DNA from: Podarcis melisellensis
Taxonomy: Eukaryota
Assembly: GCA_964234715.1 (NCBI GenBank)
Contig: OZ174278.1
Length of the DNA stretch: 64,000 nucleotides
Direction: 5' to 3' (one strand)
A model generated the notes under the pieces. That model did not search any database and was not told where the DNA came from. It saw nothing but the letters and a program-made list of their open reading frames with translations. This document shows, one piece after another, positions 11,368 through 23,840 of this stretch (its first letter is position 1; the number at the start of each line of letters is the position of its first letter). The position numbers and the translations under genes were made by a program.

Positions 11368-14300
11368 TAATAGAGAATTGCACAGAATGAAGAAATGCTT
11401 CCTTTCCCTGAACTTACTTCCCATCAATTACTGTGCCATCCAACAGTACCTCTGTTTGTCCTGCATATTTCTAGCTTTCACCTTTGCACATATTTTTATT
11501 ACTAGCTTTTTATAGCCAGAATCCTGCACAGTGCTGATTTCAATTTCTCTTAAGTGCCTATCACTGTGCACTGGGTTGTGGGTTATATGTTTACCTTCTT
11601 GGCTGATATTAATGTAGATTTTTATGCGTTTTGCCACTCTCTCTGTGTGTATGTGTGTGCCTTTGATTTTCTTCATTTGAGCAACAATTCCAAATTTAAA
11701 AGGGGCAAAAACTATGTCTATTAAGCATGAAAGATTTCCTAGTTTCAGTGGCCAGCTTGATTTTCTTTTTTTAAAAAAATTAACTGGCATCCTTCAGGGC
11801 ATGTTTATGTCTTTTCTAATCTGCAGTATAAATTTTATTTGAGCTTTTATTATAGTGGTTTGAAAACTTTGTGAAGTGATTAAAGTGCCTTAACTATACC
11901 TTCAGCTCATTTCCTTCCTTTTTAAGAAGTATGTCTGTTGTTATTCAGACTCTCCTTTCAATGTTACCCTCATTGCCCTTTATTTTGTATGCTTCTGTCC
12001 TTCACCCTGGTTTAATGTGGTGATATTAGATTACTATTTCCCTATTTTGTTTTGTTTTTTACATTATAGTGAAAGCACTCTGTGGAAGCAATCTGAATGT
12101 ACTAACTAGAGGATGCAGTGGGAACTGGGAAAGGTACATTGCACATAGGGAGTATCTTAAATTTGGTGGTGTTTTGGTCACATTTTCTCAGTGTTCTGCT
12201 CTTGTTGCAAGGAACAGATCTGTGGAGCATTGTGGTGCAAAGTGGCAAGGCAGGTCAGCTGCGTCAGCACCAAGGAGAGCTCCTAATGAGCAACTTGCTC
12301 TGACAAGGACTGGGCATGAATGGAGTCCTTTTGAGTCTGTGCTTCCACCCCACTTCCCGTATACAGTACTCTACTCCATTTGTTTGAGATCCAAAGAGAA
12401 CCAAACACTTCTGCTGAATATGAGTGCATCCCTTTCAGGCCTCCTGCCAGGCATACTCTCTTCACCATTGGATAGGACATAGTGTATAGTATGGGAGGCG
12501 CAGGATTCATTGAGTACAGAGAAAGGTACCTGTAGGAATCCCAGCTTTGGTTCTTTGGGCTCCAGTGCTGTGGGATCGGGTCTCATTTGGCTTCCGCCTG
12601 CCAGCTTCAGATGCATTGAGTTTGCCAGCATCCAGCTCAGAGTCAAGAACATGGTTTAGCTCCTCAGCTGGTGCCCTATAGCCTCTGACTCAGTATCATG
12701 GTCACCACTAGATTCTAGATATTCAGATGTTTGGTAAGGTTTAGTGTAAAAGATTCTTAATGTCACATAAGATTAAATCAAAAGCCACTTGTCCAGTATT
12801 GTATGCCAAATAACAACCATTTATTTAATCTAGCAATATTTGTATATTTCTTATGACCCAAGTTTGTAAGTACCCTGCCAATGTAAGGGGACTTCAGGTG
12901 CTATTTATTATACTCTGTACATTCTCTGATTTACATTTTCTGTTTAAGTCTTCCTAAAGATAGAGGCAATGCTTCTGAATATGTTAGTTAATATTCTATT
13001 ATTACAATTTGATCACTCCCAATGTGTATTTTCTTCTTCCTATTCATATGGAATTAGAACAGGGATTCTTAGATTAGAACACTAATCACAGAGGCTTATG
13101 TAAAAGAAACTGAATCCATCTATGCTTCTAAGCAGGAAGAGTTGATTCCTTCTCATCCCATGTTGAGCATTATGCTAAATAACAGCTTGAAACTAACTTG
13201 GTAAATTCTCTGAAATGATTCAGATATTATGAATATTTAGAGGAGCATGCAAGGGTGACGGAACATCACACAGAAAACCATGGGCATGACAAGTTTGTAG
13301 ATAGGAGGATTTTTTTACTGCAGATACTGCAAGCAATATAACTATGTGTACCATTTTGACATCTGCAACAGTTTCTTGGAACTGGCTAAGGAAATGATTA
13401 CTGTTTAACACTTTAAATTTAGGGACAGACTTTAATAATGAAGTGAAATTTTAAGTGCCAGGGGGGAAGTAAGTTAAGACAGACAATGTAATTGATTTGT
13501 GATATATTTAGGGCAGGCAAAATGATTTGTGCAACCCACAATATTTATGTATTTAAATATTTGTAATCCACCCTTTACCTGAAGGCTCCATGGTGAAAAT
13601 ACATAAACCTCGAAAATCAAATGCAACAATAAAACTGAAAACAAAAAAAAAAGCAAAATGCAGATGTTAAGAGGCAGCAGCAGCATCCAAAACATTCAGA
13701 TCCCTAATGCACCTCACCTTGTCTCATCAAACGCCAGGCAAATGTGTGTGCCTTCACCTGCTACCAAAATGAAAGTGATATGATGACAGGATGCACCTCA
13801 GAGATGCACACAGGATGTAGTGATGGGAACCAGCTCATGTTGGGTTTAAAAGAAAAGAAAGGCTACTTCAGAGCACCACTTGCTAAGAAAAGGGGAGAGC
13901 AAATGCCTCCATCCCATACTTAAACTTCACAGAAGCATCTCACCTGTCACTGTGGAAAACAGGGTGCTGGGGCTCCATGTTTCACATTTTGCAATACTGT
14001 TAAAATCAGGGACCTTAGAAACAATGGGTGGAGAAGCTATAGAAGCAGAAGAGGGACAAACATTTCATGTTAGAGAGAAGCAGCAAGAGTTCAAGTAACT
14101 TGTATGTTTAATTCTCTCCTGGCTTTAGTTGCCTTTCTTTGTTTATTAGCACTCCTTGCTAGTTTTCTTTTTTCCTGTTTCTTTTTTTAAAAAAATCCTT
14201 ATTATTATATTATTATATTCATATTTCCTGTGCTTTTTTGTGACAGTACTCACCAGTAATGAGTACATCACATCTTTGTTTTGCTGCCACTGGCAGCTGT

Positions 14301-15559
14301 TTTGTCCTGGTACCCAAATCACTTTTATGAAAATATGCATACCAGCACCTAATCTTTTGCAAAACAAAACAAAACATATTTAAATATAAATATGTAGTGT
14401 TTTATTTATATCCTGTTTTAAATAACTTAATATTCCAAGCTTAAGAATCACCCTTCTATCTTATGCCATTTTCCTGGCATAAGTGTAATATGGATCACTC
14501 AGTCCTTTTGCCCAGGAAAGGTTGCCTCACATTGAGGGAAAGTAGCCATTACACCTTTGATACTTAGTCATTTACCTACCTCAATCCACTCTTTTCCCTT
14601 CATAAAATAAAATAATAATAATTTGACCTTGCTCTAATTGACACAGTTCTCTCTAAAGCATGAATCTCGCCACACCTTGACCGGGGTCACTACTCAATCA
14701 TTCTTTCCTTAATTCATTTCAATGACTACACAATCCATTAAATTACAGGGGGGAAATGGAGATATGTACAATACTGATGAGTTGTGCTTTCATGTTCTAA
14801 TAGGTATCATTATATTAGATTATGATGCATTATGTCATGTTCCTCATTACATTTTCATTGTGAGTTTCTAATTATAATGGTACTTGTTAATTCATCTATG
14901 CAAGAGCATGGACTAGCATTTCAATATAAAGTCCCAAACTGCAGCTAGGTCAGGGGAGTTAGGCTTAGAGTATTTTTTTTGTTACTGGAAAATCTGCTTC
15001 AGCGCTGCTGTAATCTTCTAACTACTTGCTTTAGTTAAGCCTAAAATAATCCCATCAGTTTAATGGGACTAGAAGAGAGTCAGATAACATGAAATGTTTA
15101 ACCCAAGGGGCAAAATCACTGATAGCTTGGAGTAGACAAGCACTATAAATGCTTATGAGACTATATTGCATATACTTGGATCTGAATGTGCCTGCGCAGG
15201 TCAAACTGCTGTAGAGCCATATGAATGCAGGAGATACCATGAGTAACAAGACCCAGCAAGGAGATCTCGTTGTTGGGGGTAATGGAGTATCTGTTCTGCA
15301 AGGGGAATGGCAAGGGGAATCAGCACAAAAGGAAAACAAAACACAATAGTTCTCTCATTGCTCCTGAGAAAATCTGACATTTTACAAGGGAAATCTTGTC
15401 TTCTTGGTGGAATGATTTGATGACTAGCAATCAAGTCTATTCCCCAATCCTATGGATCATCTTCAGGTTATTTCCCAAATGAGAGCTTTTTACGGAAACA
15501 TGTTGGATTTTTTTCAGAAACACTGAGACTTATTTTGTATCATCTTTCATCTTTTACTT

Positions 15560-16030
15560 TACTTATTTATTTAAATGGCTCTATTCCACTCTTTATTGCA
15601 AAAACAACAACAACTTACAATCAATAGCAAAGTTCATATACATAAAAACAACAGCAGAAAACAGGAGCAAATAAAATTGCAATCAAATAGCAATGTTCAA
15701 ACATCTAATCTGACAGCTTTTACCCCATGGTTCATTTATTCCAAAACACTTCTTCCACACTCTTTGTTGGGGGGGGGGGGAGGCAATTCCAAAGTGGATA
15801 AAAATCAAGAGTAAAATTCATATACATAAAAACAACAACAGAAAAGCATATAACTTTTCAACCAAATAACAGCGGAGAGCAATCAAATCTGACACTAAAT
15901 TCCAACAAAAGCCTGGGAGAATGCCCAGGTTTTTACCTGGCACTGAATGCCAGCAATGTTGGAGCCAGTTATTTTTCAGAGTGGCGGAGTTCCAAAGCTG
16001 GAACACCATCACTAAAAATATTCCCTCCTA
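15560..16030 (-). mobile_element. Degraded L2 LINE 3' fragment
   Basis: TTATTTATTT tail followed by AAAGCCTGGGAGAA...TTTTTACCTGGCACTGAA...GAGTTCCAAAGCTGG, typical of the squamate L2 3' end in reverse. Confidence 0.5.
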
Positions 16031-16666
16031 AAATACTATCAAATGAACTACATCAAAAGGTTGTATCACCAAGAGTGCTGTTGTGTGTGTTAGTTGGTGC
16101 TATCCTAGTACAGAGGCTGTAAAACTGTAGGCAAGAGTGCTTTATTCTAGATTGTTGTAATGGGATTAGGGAATTGTTATATTGAGACCAGGGATTATTT
16201 AAGCATTCAATACGGACACTTGAAAAGTTAATTCTTTGTTGCCATTCCCACCTTTCCTGTGAGTCTTTCCATCATCCAAGTTATGAAAGCCTCATCTTGG
16301 AGAAAGTGACAAGGCAGCAAATTGTTTAGACCACAGCAGACTTCTCCTCTGTAAATGATACAAAGACCATCCCTTTATAATGGGTGTAGTTAGAAAATGT
16401 AGTTAGAAATTCTGAAAGGGCAAGGGATGGGATGGGAAGGTCAAAACAAGGAAAGTTGATTTATTATTAATTTTCATCAATATGCCACCTTTTCCTTCAA
16501 GGAGTTCAAGGTATACATGGCTATCTTCTTCCCCATTTTATCTCCACAGGAATCCTGTGAAGTAGGTAAGACTGAGAGGCAATGACTGGTCCAAGGTCAC
16601 CCAGTGAGATTCATGGCTGAGTGTAAATTCGAACCCTGGTCTCTCAGGTAATAGTCCAACACTATA

Positions 16667-16891
16667 GGTAAAAGGTAAAGGTAAAGGACCCCTGGATAGT
16701 TAAGTCCAGTCAAAAGCAACTATGGGGTGTGGCATTCACTCACTTTTCAGGTGGAGGGAGCACAACAGGACACTGTGATGAGTGCAAGAGCGCATGGAAA
16801 TGCCATTTAACTTCCCGCCACAGCGGTACCTATTTATCTACTTCCACTGGTGTGCTTTCGAACTGCTAGGTTGGCAGGAGCTGGAGCACAT
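16667..16891 (-). mobile_element. 5'-truncated, internally deleted Sauria SINE
   Basis: GGTAAAAGGTAAAGGTAAAGGACCCC tail and GGTACCTATTTATCTACTT body. 12-bp TSD tccaacactata (16655-16666 / 16892-16903). Confidence 0.88.
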
Positions 16892-16906
16892 TCCAACACT
16901 ATAACC

Positions 16907-17144
16907 CAGGGGTCAGCAAACTTTTTCAGCAGGGGGCCGGTCCACTGTCCCTCAGACTTTGGGGGGGGGGCTGGACTATTTTTTTAAAAAATGAACAAAT
17001 TCCTATGCCCCACAAATAATCCAGAAATGCATTTTAAATAAAAGGACACATTCTACTCATGTAAAAACACACTGATTCCCGGACCGTCCATGGGCCGGAT
17101 TTAGAAGGCGATTGGGCCCCTGGGCCTTAGTTTGCTTACCCATG
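16907..17144. mobile_element. hAT (Charlie-like) MITE
   Basis: Imperfect TIRs CAGGGGTCAGCAAACT / AGTTTGCTTACCCATG. Perfect 8-bp TSD ctataacc (16899-16906 / 17145-17152). Confidence 0.9.
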
Positions 17145-18064
17145 CTATAACCTCTACCCCACACTGTATTGTGTGTCCAGTTCTCTGCCCCACTTTCTAC
17201 CTCAGGAAAATCCTCTGGCTTCTCCTGAGGTTTTAAGAAGTTGTGATGCATAACAGTGATGGTTCACTCTGCAAAGGGCTACAGCTTCATAAGTACTGAA
17301 TTTCATAAGCTACCTATAGGAGATTCCTGATCAATTCTAGCCCACATGTGTCTGAATATATGTTGTGATCATTGAGCTGCCTTGACAGCAGACGTTCCTA
17401 TCACGTCAAAGAGCCTTGAGGCAGTTAGAGGGAAAAGACTCATAGCAAGAAAAATATAAAAAACCCCTCAACAAATACAGTAATTGGAAAAATATTGTGA
17501 AGAGAGAAAGTGAGAATATAATGTGTCCAATGTTTCAATTTAATGCTTTAATATTAATTTTTGGGGCATTACCTAAGGCTGCTGTTTTGAGTGTTCTTGC
17601 AGACAGAGTGAGACAATTCTTTTCACTTTGCATTATCTACCTCTCTTTGCCTAGAGGAAAACATTACACTGAAAAAGTGTGGCCGTATCCATCAGTTTAG
17701 CAGAGAATATGCCATTACTTCACTCCTGCAGTGGGTGAAAATAAGCTATCTGGTTAAAAACAATGTGGCGAACTATGAATACTGCTTCACTGTATCAGCT
17801 AGGACATGAATGGGTGTGTGTGTGAATGAATCAAAGTGCATCTAATCAGCTGTACATTATAGTAATTTGACTAAATATAGACACATTTGCAGAATATAGA
17901 CATCTTTTGCAGATTTTCCTGAAAAATATAAAATAAACCAGCCCTTGTTAGCAAAGCCACTGAAATAATGCAGATGGAATTCAGAGTGAAAAGAAAACAC
18001 TTTACTCGAGAAACTGTGTATAAATTGAGTAGAAATAGCAGTGAGCTTTTATCTTTCTTACGAC

Positions 18065-18206
18065 CAGACTTTTAGAAGACATCTGAAGGAAGCCCTGTTT
18101 AAGGAAGCTTTTAATGTTTAACAGAACACTATATTTCAATACTTTGTTGGAAGCTACCCAGAGTGGCTGGGGAAACCCAGCCAGATGGGCAAGGTATAAA
18201 TAATAA
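18065..18206 (+). mobile_element. L2 LINE 3' tail fragment
   Basis: ACTTTTAGAAGACATCTGAAGG...CCCAGAGTGGCTGGGGAAACCCAGCCAGATGGGCAAGGTATAAATAATAA, i.e. a stem-loop plus short AT-rich tail. Confidence 0.7.
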
Positions 18207-18440
18207 CTTCTTCTTCCCTTTCTTCTTATTATTATTCAGGCCTTGCACACAGCAAGGATCTTTCAGTTTGTAACTCAAGGGTTAACTCTGTTACTGTTAA
18301 AAAGGGGGACAGGTAGAGATGTTAACAACCAGGCAAAGTTCCATGATGTTCACTGAGGTAATTATGCTGTGATTGGCTGTGCAGGTCTGAGGCAGTTTTC
18401 CTTTGTATGTTTGTTGAATTATCTCCCTGCTATGTACAAC

Positions 18441-18600
18441 GTAAAGGTGAAGGTAAAGGACTCCTGGATGGTTCAGTCAAATTTGACTATGGGGTGCAGC
18501 ATGCATCTCCGCTTTCAGGTCGAGGGAGCCAGCATTTGTCTGCAGACAGCTTTCCAGGTTATGTGGCCAGCATGACCAAACCACTTCTGGCGCATGGAAC
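18441..18600 (-). mobile_element. Truncated Sauria SINE (3' part)
   Basis: GTAAAGGTGAAGGTAAAGGAC tail and TCCAGGTTATGTGGCCAGCATGACCAAACCACTTCTGG body. Confidence 0.8.
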
Positions 18601-18839
18601 AAGAGCTTGAAAGGAGGGGTGCAAGGAGACTTGGAATGACTGTCCTGTGTTAATCTGTGTTGAAAGGATCAGTGCTGCACAAATATTTCATGCACCCCTG
18701 CACACCTCCTTTGGATTTCCAAGCCTCCATATGACTTGCAAAGTCTGCCTAGTGCTGATCCTTTCAAACTTGGATATGGATGACCACAGGATGGTCTTTG
18801 CAAGGTGTGGGGATGCCTGGAAATCAAGAGGGAGGCTGA

Positions 18840-19025
18840 CACCTATCTTTAGGTGCCAGGCTAAACCGTTTCTCTATAACCAGGCCTTTAGCTAACATTC
18901 TATGGCCTGTTTGTGGGAGGGGGCTATTGGTTGGTTTTTGTTTTTGCTTCATTATGTATTTTGTGTTCTCATTTTGTATTCTTGTGAACTGCCCTGTGAT
19001 CTCAAGATGCAGGGTGGTATACAAA

Positions 19026-19071
<46 letters not shown>
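18840..19071 (+). mobile_element. L2 LINE 3' end with (AAT)n tail
   Basis: CTTTAGGTGCCAGGCTAAACCGTTTCTC...CCAGGCCTTT...GAACTGCCCTGTGATC...GGGTGGTATACAAA, then (AAT)15 at 19027-19071. Confidence 0.7.
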
Positions 19072-19075
<4 letters not shown>

Positions 19076-22000
19076 ATGGCGTGCTCCTGGAGTGTGGAAG
19101 AATTCTCCCTTTCACCCTACATCAAAGCCAGCATTTTAAAATGCAGTTCTTTCCGCTGACACTTACTACCACAGTGGAGACCATCCACTTGCTCTGATGC
19201 CACTTTCTGCTTAAACTTCCCATTCCAAGACAAATGTCAAGGTGTTGTTGTTGTATAGGTTCATGGACAGAGGGATTTGTTGATTCAAGGTGAGGGGGTT
19301 CTCTGCCACATCCCTCCCAGCACTGTTTGTTGTGTGTTTTAGAGGAATGTTATGGGGGTGGGGCTTGCGTCTGAACACCCACTTCATACTGGTGATCTCA
19401 AAGCACTCTGGACTAATGTGTAGCTGTTCCTGGTTGGAAAGAAAAGTGCCCCCCTAGAATTTTGTTCTTTTCTGTGTGGCATGAGATACCAAACATTGAT
19501 ATGTCATTTATTGCCCAAAATGTGTTGCTTGGAGTTCACAATCAGCAAGTAGAGGCGGCACTGCAGACTTTTGCCTCCCACCCATAGCAAAGCTTGTAGA
19601 TGTAGAATGCTGACCTGGGTTCTTCCAATGAGATGCTTCTAGGTGTCCCACAGCCTTGTGACAACCAGGACATTTTTTGTTGCCTATAGAACTGACTCCA
19701 CCATAAGATAAGACAAGTACCTACTGTTCTTGGTTTCCAATGCTTGCTAAAACCTTTGCAGCATTAATATCAGCATGAGGACGTTTTTCTTGATTTTGTT
19801 GCTGCTCTATTTCTTGTTTTTCTTGTATTTTTCTTGTTCTGTTGTGAACGTCCTTGAGATATTTGTATGAAAGTGTTTTAAACAATTAATAAAATAAACT
19901 GAAATAGTCTCATCAAGAATATATCCTGTCACACTGTTGGTATCAAGGCAAAAGAAGTAGTTTTTCAAAGAGGGCTTTGTCAATTGAAAGCTCATAGCAC
20001 AGAAGTGTTTTCATACTTTTCCATCTTAAGTTTTCTGAGCTGTTCCATTGCCAAAGTATTACATTTCACAAGAAGATATAATCAATATCCACTTCATACC
20101 CTAGAGATAACTTCAGCTCTCATTTATGTTTATTTGCAAATATATTAGAGTATATATCATTCCACATGCACTATATTTGCTTGAAAGATTTTTAATAAAG
20201 AACACAAAAGTGATGCTTTGAACGTGATTATCTTGTGCCAAAAGATGAATAAGCTAATAATAAACTATCATATGTGGAATAAGCCTTACAATAATGTTTT
20301 CAAGGCTCACAAATCTAGGCAGGTTATGGGTAAATTTCTAAAAGTTGTTCAGTTGAAGAATAGGCATTGAAATAACAGGTGAAATCCAATGTTTAATAGG
20401 ATGACATTTTGTAAGTAATGAATAATGTTTCTTGGAAAATAGCCCTCACAATATAGTTAGATATGGTTTGATTTTAAAATGGGTAGCGCTGTTCAAAGAA
20501 TAAGAATTCTGAAAGCATCTGTTCAGTCCTTTGTAGGTTCTAGATAATATTTGGGATCATTAGTGAAAGATGGGGTACTATAGAAGGAATAATGAAATAT
20601 AATACATCCACGCTATGCATTTAAAGCACATTCTAGCATTATGTGTGAACCAGGATGTTCTGTGTTATTATCTTTTTCTCTAAAGATTCCAAAGCAGATT
20701 GTTGTAAGCAATGTATTTGAAATATTGAATTGATACTTTTAAAAAAAAACTAAAATACTTTGCTTTTGTCACACGTGGCGGCATCATGTAGTCATACATA
20801 GTATCATACCACTCAAGCTTATTGCAAGCAGGGGGATAGTGCTAGGGCAATCCTTAGAGCTGGTTTTAGGAATCTGGAACTGTCCAGATATAGCTGGACT
20901 GCAACTCCCATGGTAGCTGGAGCTGTGTGAGGAGGGCTGCACTGAGGAGGAATGGTGGGAGCCTCCCTCTCCCCCTGCTCCTGCTCCTGAATCTTCCCAG
21001 GAGCAGGAGGACAGTATAGATTTGGAACAGTGGTTTGCAGAGGGACATAGTTCAGAAGGCGGAAGCTGGGAAATACTGGATGGGGAACAGCTAGGAGAAG
21101 AAGCATTGGGAGAGAGTTAACAAATTATTGTCTCTGGAAAGCATTCGTCCACTTTCCCCAATGTCAAGAAGAGCTGAGAAAGTGGCAGAACAGAAGGTAC
21201 AGGGGTTACAAGCTCAGGTTACATGGCGTAGGAGTGACGTGGGTGACTAAGGAGGTAAGGGAGAGGGAATTCCTAACTGAGAGCACAGCCATTCCTAGGA
21301 AATGGGTTCTTTGTTTTCTCCCTGTGATCATTAAAGTTTCTAACTGGTAAGAAGACTCCCTTTCCTTTGTTCTGCTTATCTACTGCCAAGGGGAGGGAGG
21401 AAGCCTGACAGACTTATGGGAATTACGCCCAATAACATCTGGAAGGCCACCTCTGCCTTATAGCTCTGCTGTGACTCTTGGTTGAGAAGGCACTCCAGAA
21501 ATAGTTTGAATCATCTAATAAGATCTTTCACTTTGATCACTGATTATCCAAGAAGAGAACAGAGTATTGTTGTTGAAGCTGTTTGACTCACTTCTTCAGT
21601 TTCTGCTGTGTATCACAACCTGGTATCATTATATAATATTCACCAAAATTTGTGATTTACATTGTTATTTCCATTTGTCTCAGGTTTCATCTCTTTCCTT
21701 TTGCCTCCTGTCTAGTCAATGGATGTGACAATCTTGGTTGTAAACTTAACAAAAGAGTATGTTATATTTGACATGTAGGGCAGAAAGTCATGAGGAAACA
21801 TAATTTTACCACAACAAGCTAAAATAGGCCAACATTCTGCTATAATCCTTGTTTTTTGGGGGGAGGGGTAGTGGCCAGGGATAACATGCTAAAATTAAAA
21901 TAAATGATGAATAAATCATTTGATATATCCTTTAAAAAATCAGCATTTGAATCATTTGCTTTATAAACTTTGATGACTATGATCACAAAGTGAATATTCA

Positions 22001-22405
22001 TTGCAAATCTGGTATGGTAAAGTTTGATGATAAAATTTTGAGACGTTGTGTGATATGGGAATATCAGTATTTATCAAGACAGAACTGGAGATCATCTAGC
22101 TCAGTATCGTCTACAGGGGTGGGGTACAGGATATGTTCAGTGGGTCAGAATGGTATCATCCCCACCCTACTCCTGCAGGTCACATTTAATAGGTGGCTGG
22201 GACTGCCAACTGTCAATCACCTGGCAGCACAATAATGTGAGGTGACCCATTTTTGCTTGCACAATTTGAAATCAAATGGTGTGGGCAAATACACAGTCTA
22301 GAGTGTTTATAATCAGTTCCTCACTGGGGTTTGCAAAACTCAGTGTACAGAGCTTTGTATAGGGATTTGCATGTGACTGTATACCCTTTTATGGCTGAAC
22401 CAGCC

Positions 22406-22818
22406 CTAAGAATGGAAGGACCATTTTGGTTCTCCCAGTTTCTAAATTTTCTAATCCCAAACTCAGTTCTCCACATTTCTGCAGCACTTTTCAACTTTTA
22501 ATAATAAAAATCCTCATGACATCCTGTATTTTAGTGCATATTTTTCCTAACAGACACATTTTTGTATACGATTTTGACTAATGCACACATTTTTGCAAGT
22601 AAGTTCAAATCCAATACATTTTGGTAAGCTATTTTCACGAATATATTAGTTTTTCTGCACATTTTTACCTAATATGTACATTTTCTAGTTAACATAGGTT
22701 GGTTGGAGAAATGAACTGCAAAATTGTTGCAATTTTTGAAAGATTCCTCTAGTTGGAAAGTGCAAAAGATAGATTTGCCTTTAAATGTGCACAGAATCTA
22801 ATTTCTCCTACAGCCCCA
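22406..22818. mobile_element. Degraded AT-rich DNA-transposon-like repeat (TAGGGATG-TIR family)
   Basis: Degenerate TIRs and repeated ACACATTTTTG motifs. The right end resembles the 59972-60141 element. Confidence 0.45.
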
Positions 22819-22819
22819 C

Positions 22820-23840
22820 ATGTGAAGGAAGCCAGGCCTTACGTTCAGATACGAAGGTCTATGCTCCATGCTTTACAAGATCCATTAATCAGTTAATTGT
22901 TGGAGCACATAGCACTTTGCAATCCCCCCTTTTGGCTAGGCCAGGTCTTTACCTGCCTCACACATGCGGTATAGGGCAGATATCCATGGTCTGCCCAAAA
23001 TGGCCTCCCAGTTGGGGAAGCCTGGAGTTGCAAGAAAGACTCTCCTCCTGCAAAAGAGGGGAGTGGTTGTGGGTGGGAGCCAGTCTCCACCTCAAGCAGG
23101 GAGCGTTAGCCCCCTGCCTCCCACTCACCTGGCTGTCACCACGCTCACGGGCAGGCACCCAACCAGGTGCCTTTGAAGGGGCATGGACAGCAGCGTAAAT
23201 CGCTGCTGTGCCAGCCATGCAGCCTCATTCTTCGTCGTCCCGTCGCAAGTCACCCAGCCTCCACTCCCTTAGAGCTCAGGGTCTCAGTTTTCTTTTGGCC
23301 TTGCTATGGACCTTAGGTTGTTCGCCCTGGTTGTCCGGGGGGCCTGGTAGGAATTTTTCCATTCGGCATTAGGCTTTGTGCTTTTTTCGCCTACCTCGTA
23401 GCAATCATCACAACTTTCGTGGTATTGGTGGGTAGGTTAGGCATTGGAATAAAGTGTTGTGCTGTGTGGAAGGGCTAGGTGTGGCCATCGCCTACGCCTT
23501 CAATTTTTGGGTATTCCGTTAAAGGAATCCGGCGGTCGTGTACTCTGTCTGATGCTTGCGTGGCAGGGGGGCATGGCATGACCCTCGGTGACATCAGGGG
23601 AGAGCTTATAGTTGGATTAGCATCAATAGGCTCCACCTACTGGTGAATAACCCCCCCCCCCATTCAGTCTCACCCCTCTCCGAGTGGGTGAAGTCAACTG
23701 ATGTAATCCAATGCCTAAGCCAATACCTTTTCACTTGCTGTAATCAATAAAGTTGTGGCCTTTTCTTGCCCATTAACCTTATATCATGTGTCCATGTGTT
23801 TTCATTCCACTATGCGGGGATCGGGTCCTCAAACCACAAC
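22820..23840 (+). mobile_element. LTR-like terminal repeat remnant, possibly DIRS/Ngaro (tyrosine-recombinase retroelement)
   Basis: GC-rich island with colinear homology blocks shared with 60470-61230, including GTAGGAATTTTT..TTTTCGCCTACC and GCTGTAATCAATAAAGTTGTGGCC with a polyA signal. No TG..CA ends or TSD were seen. The family call is an inference. Confidence 0.5.

Larger units (their letters stand above)
16460..17166 (-). mobile_element. MIR/L2-tailed tRNA-derived SINE interrupted by two later insertions
   Basis: CCCCATTTTATC...CCTGTGAAGTAGG...CCAAGGTCACCCAGTGAG...ATTCGAACCCTGGTCTC (reverse B box) up to 16666. The head resumes after the nested elements (CTATAACCTCTACCCCACACTG). Confidence 0.7.

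Noticed and set aside
18902-19159. ORF with a poly-isoleucine tract
   Set aside because: Translation of the (AAT)n tail of an L2 fragment.
20767-21437. Possible solo LTR (TG...CA, purine-rich, ATTAAA); similar patches at 3145-3603 and 12480-12700
   Set aside because: No convincing TSD or second copy; boundaries cannot be supported without a repeat library.
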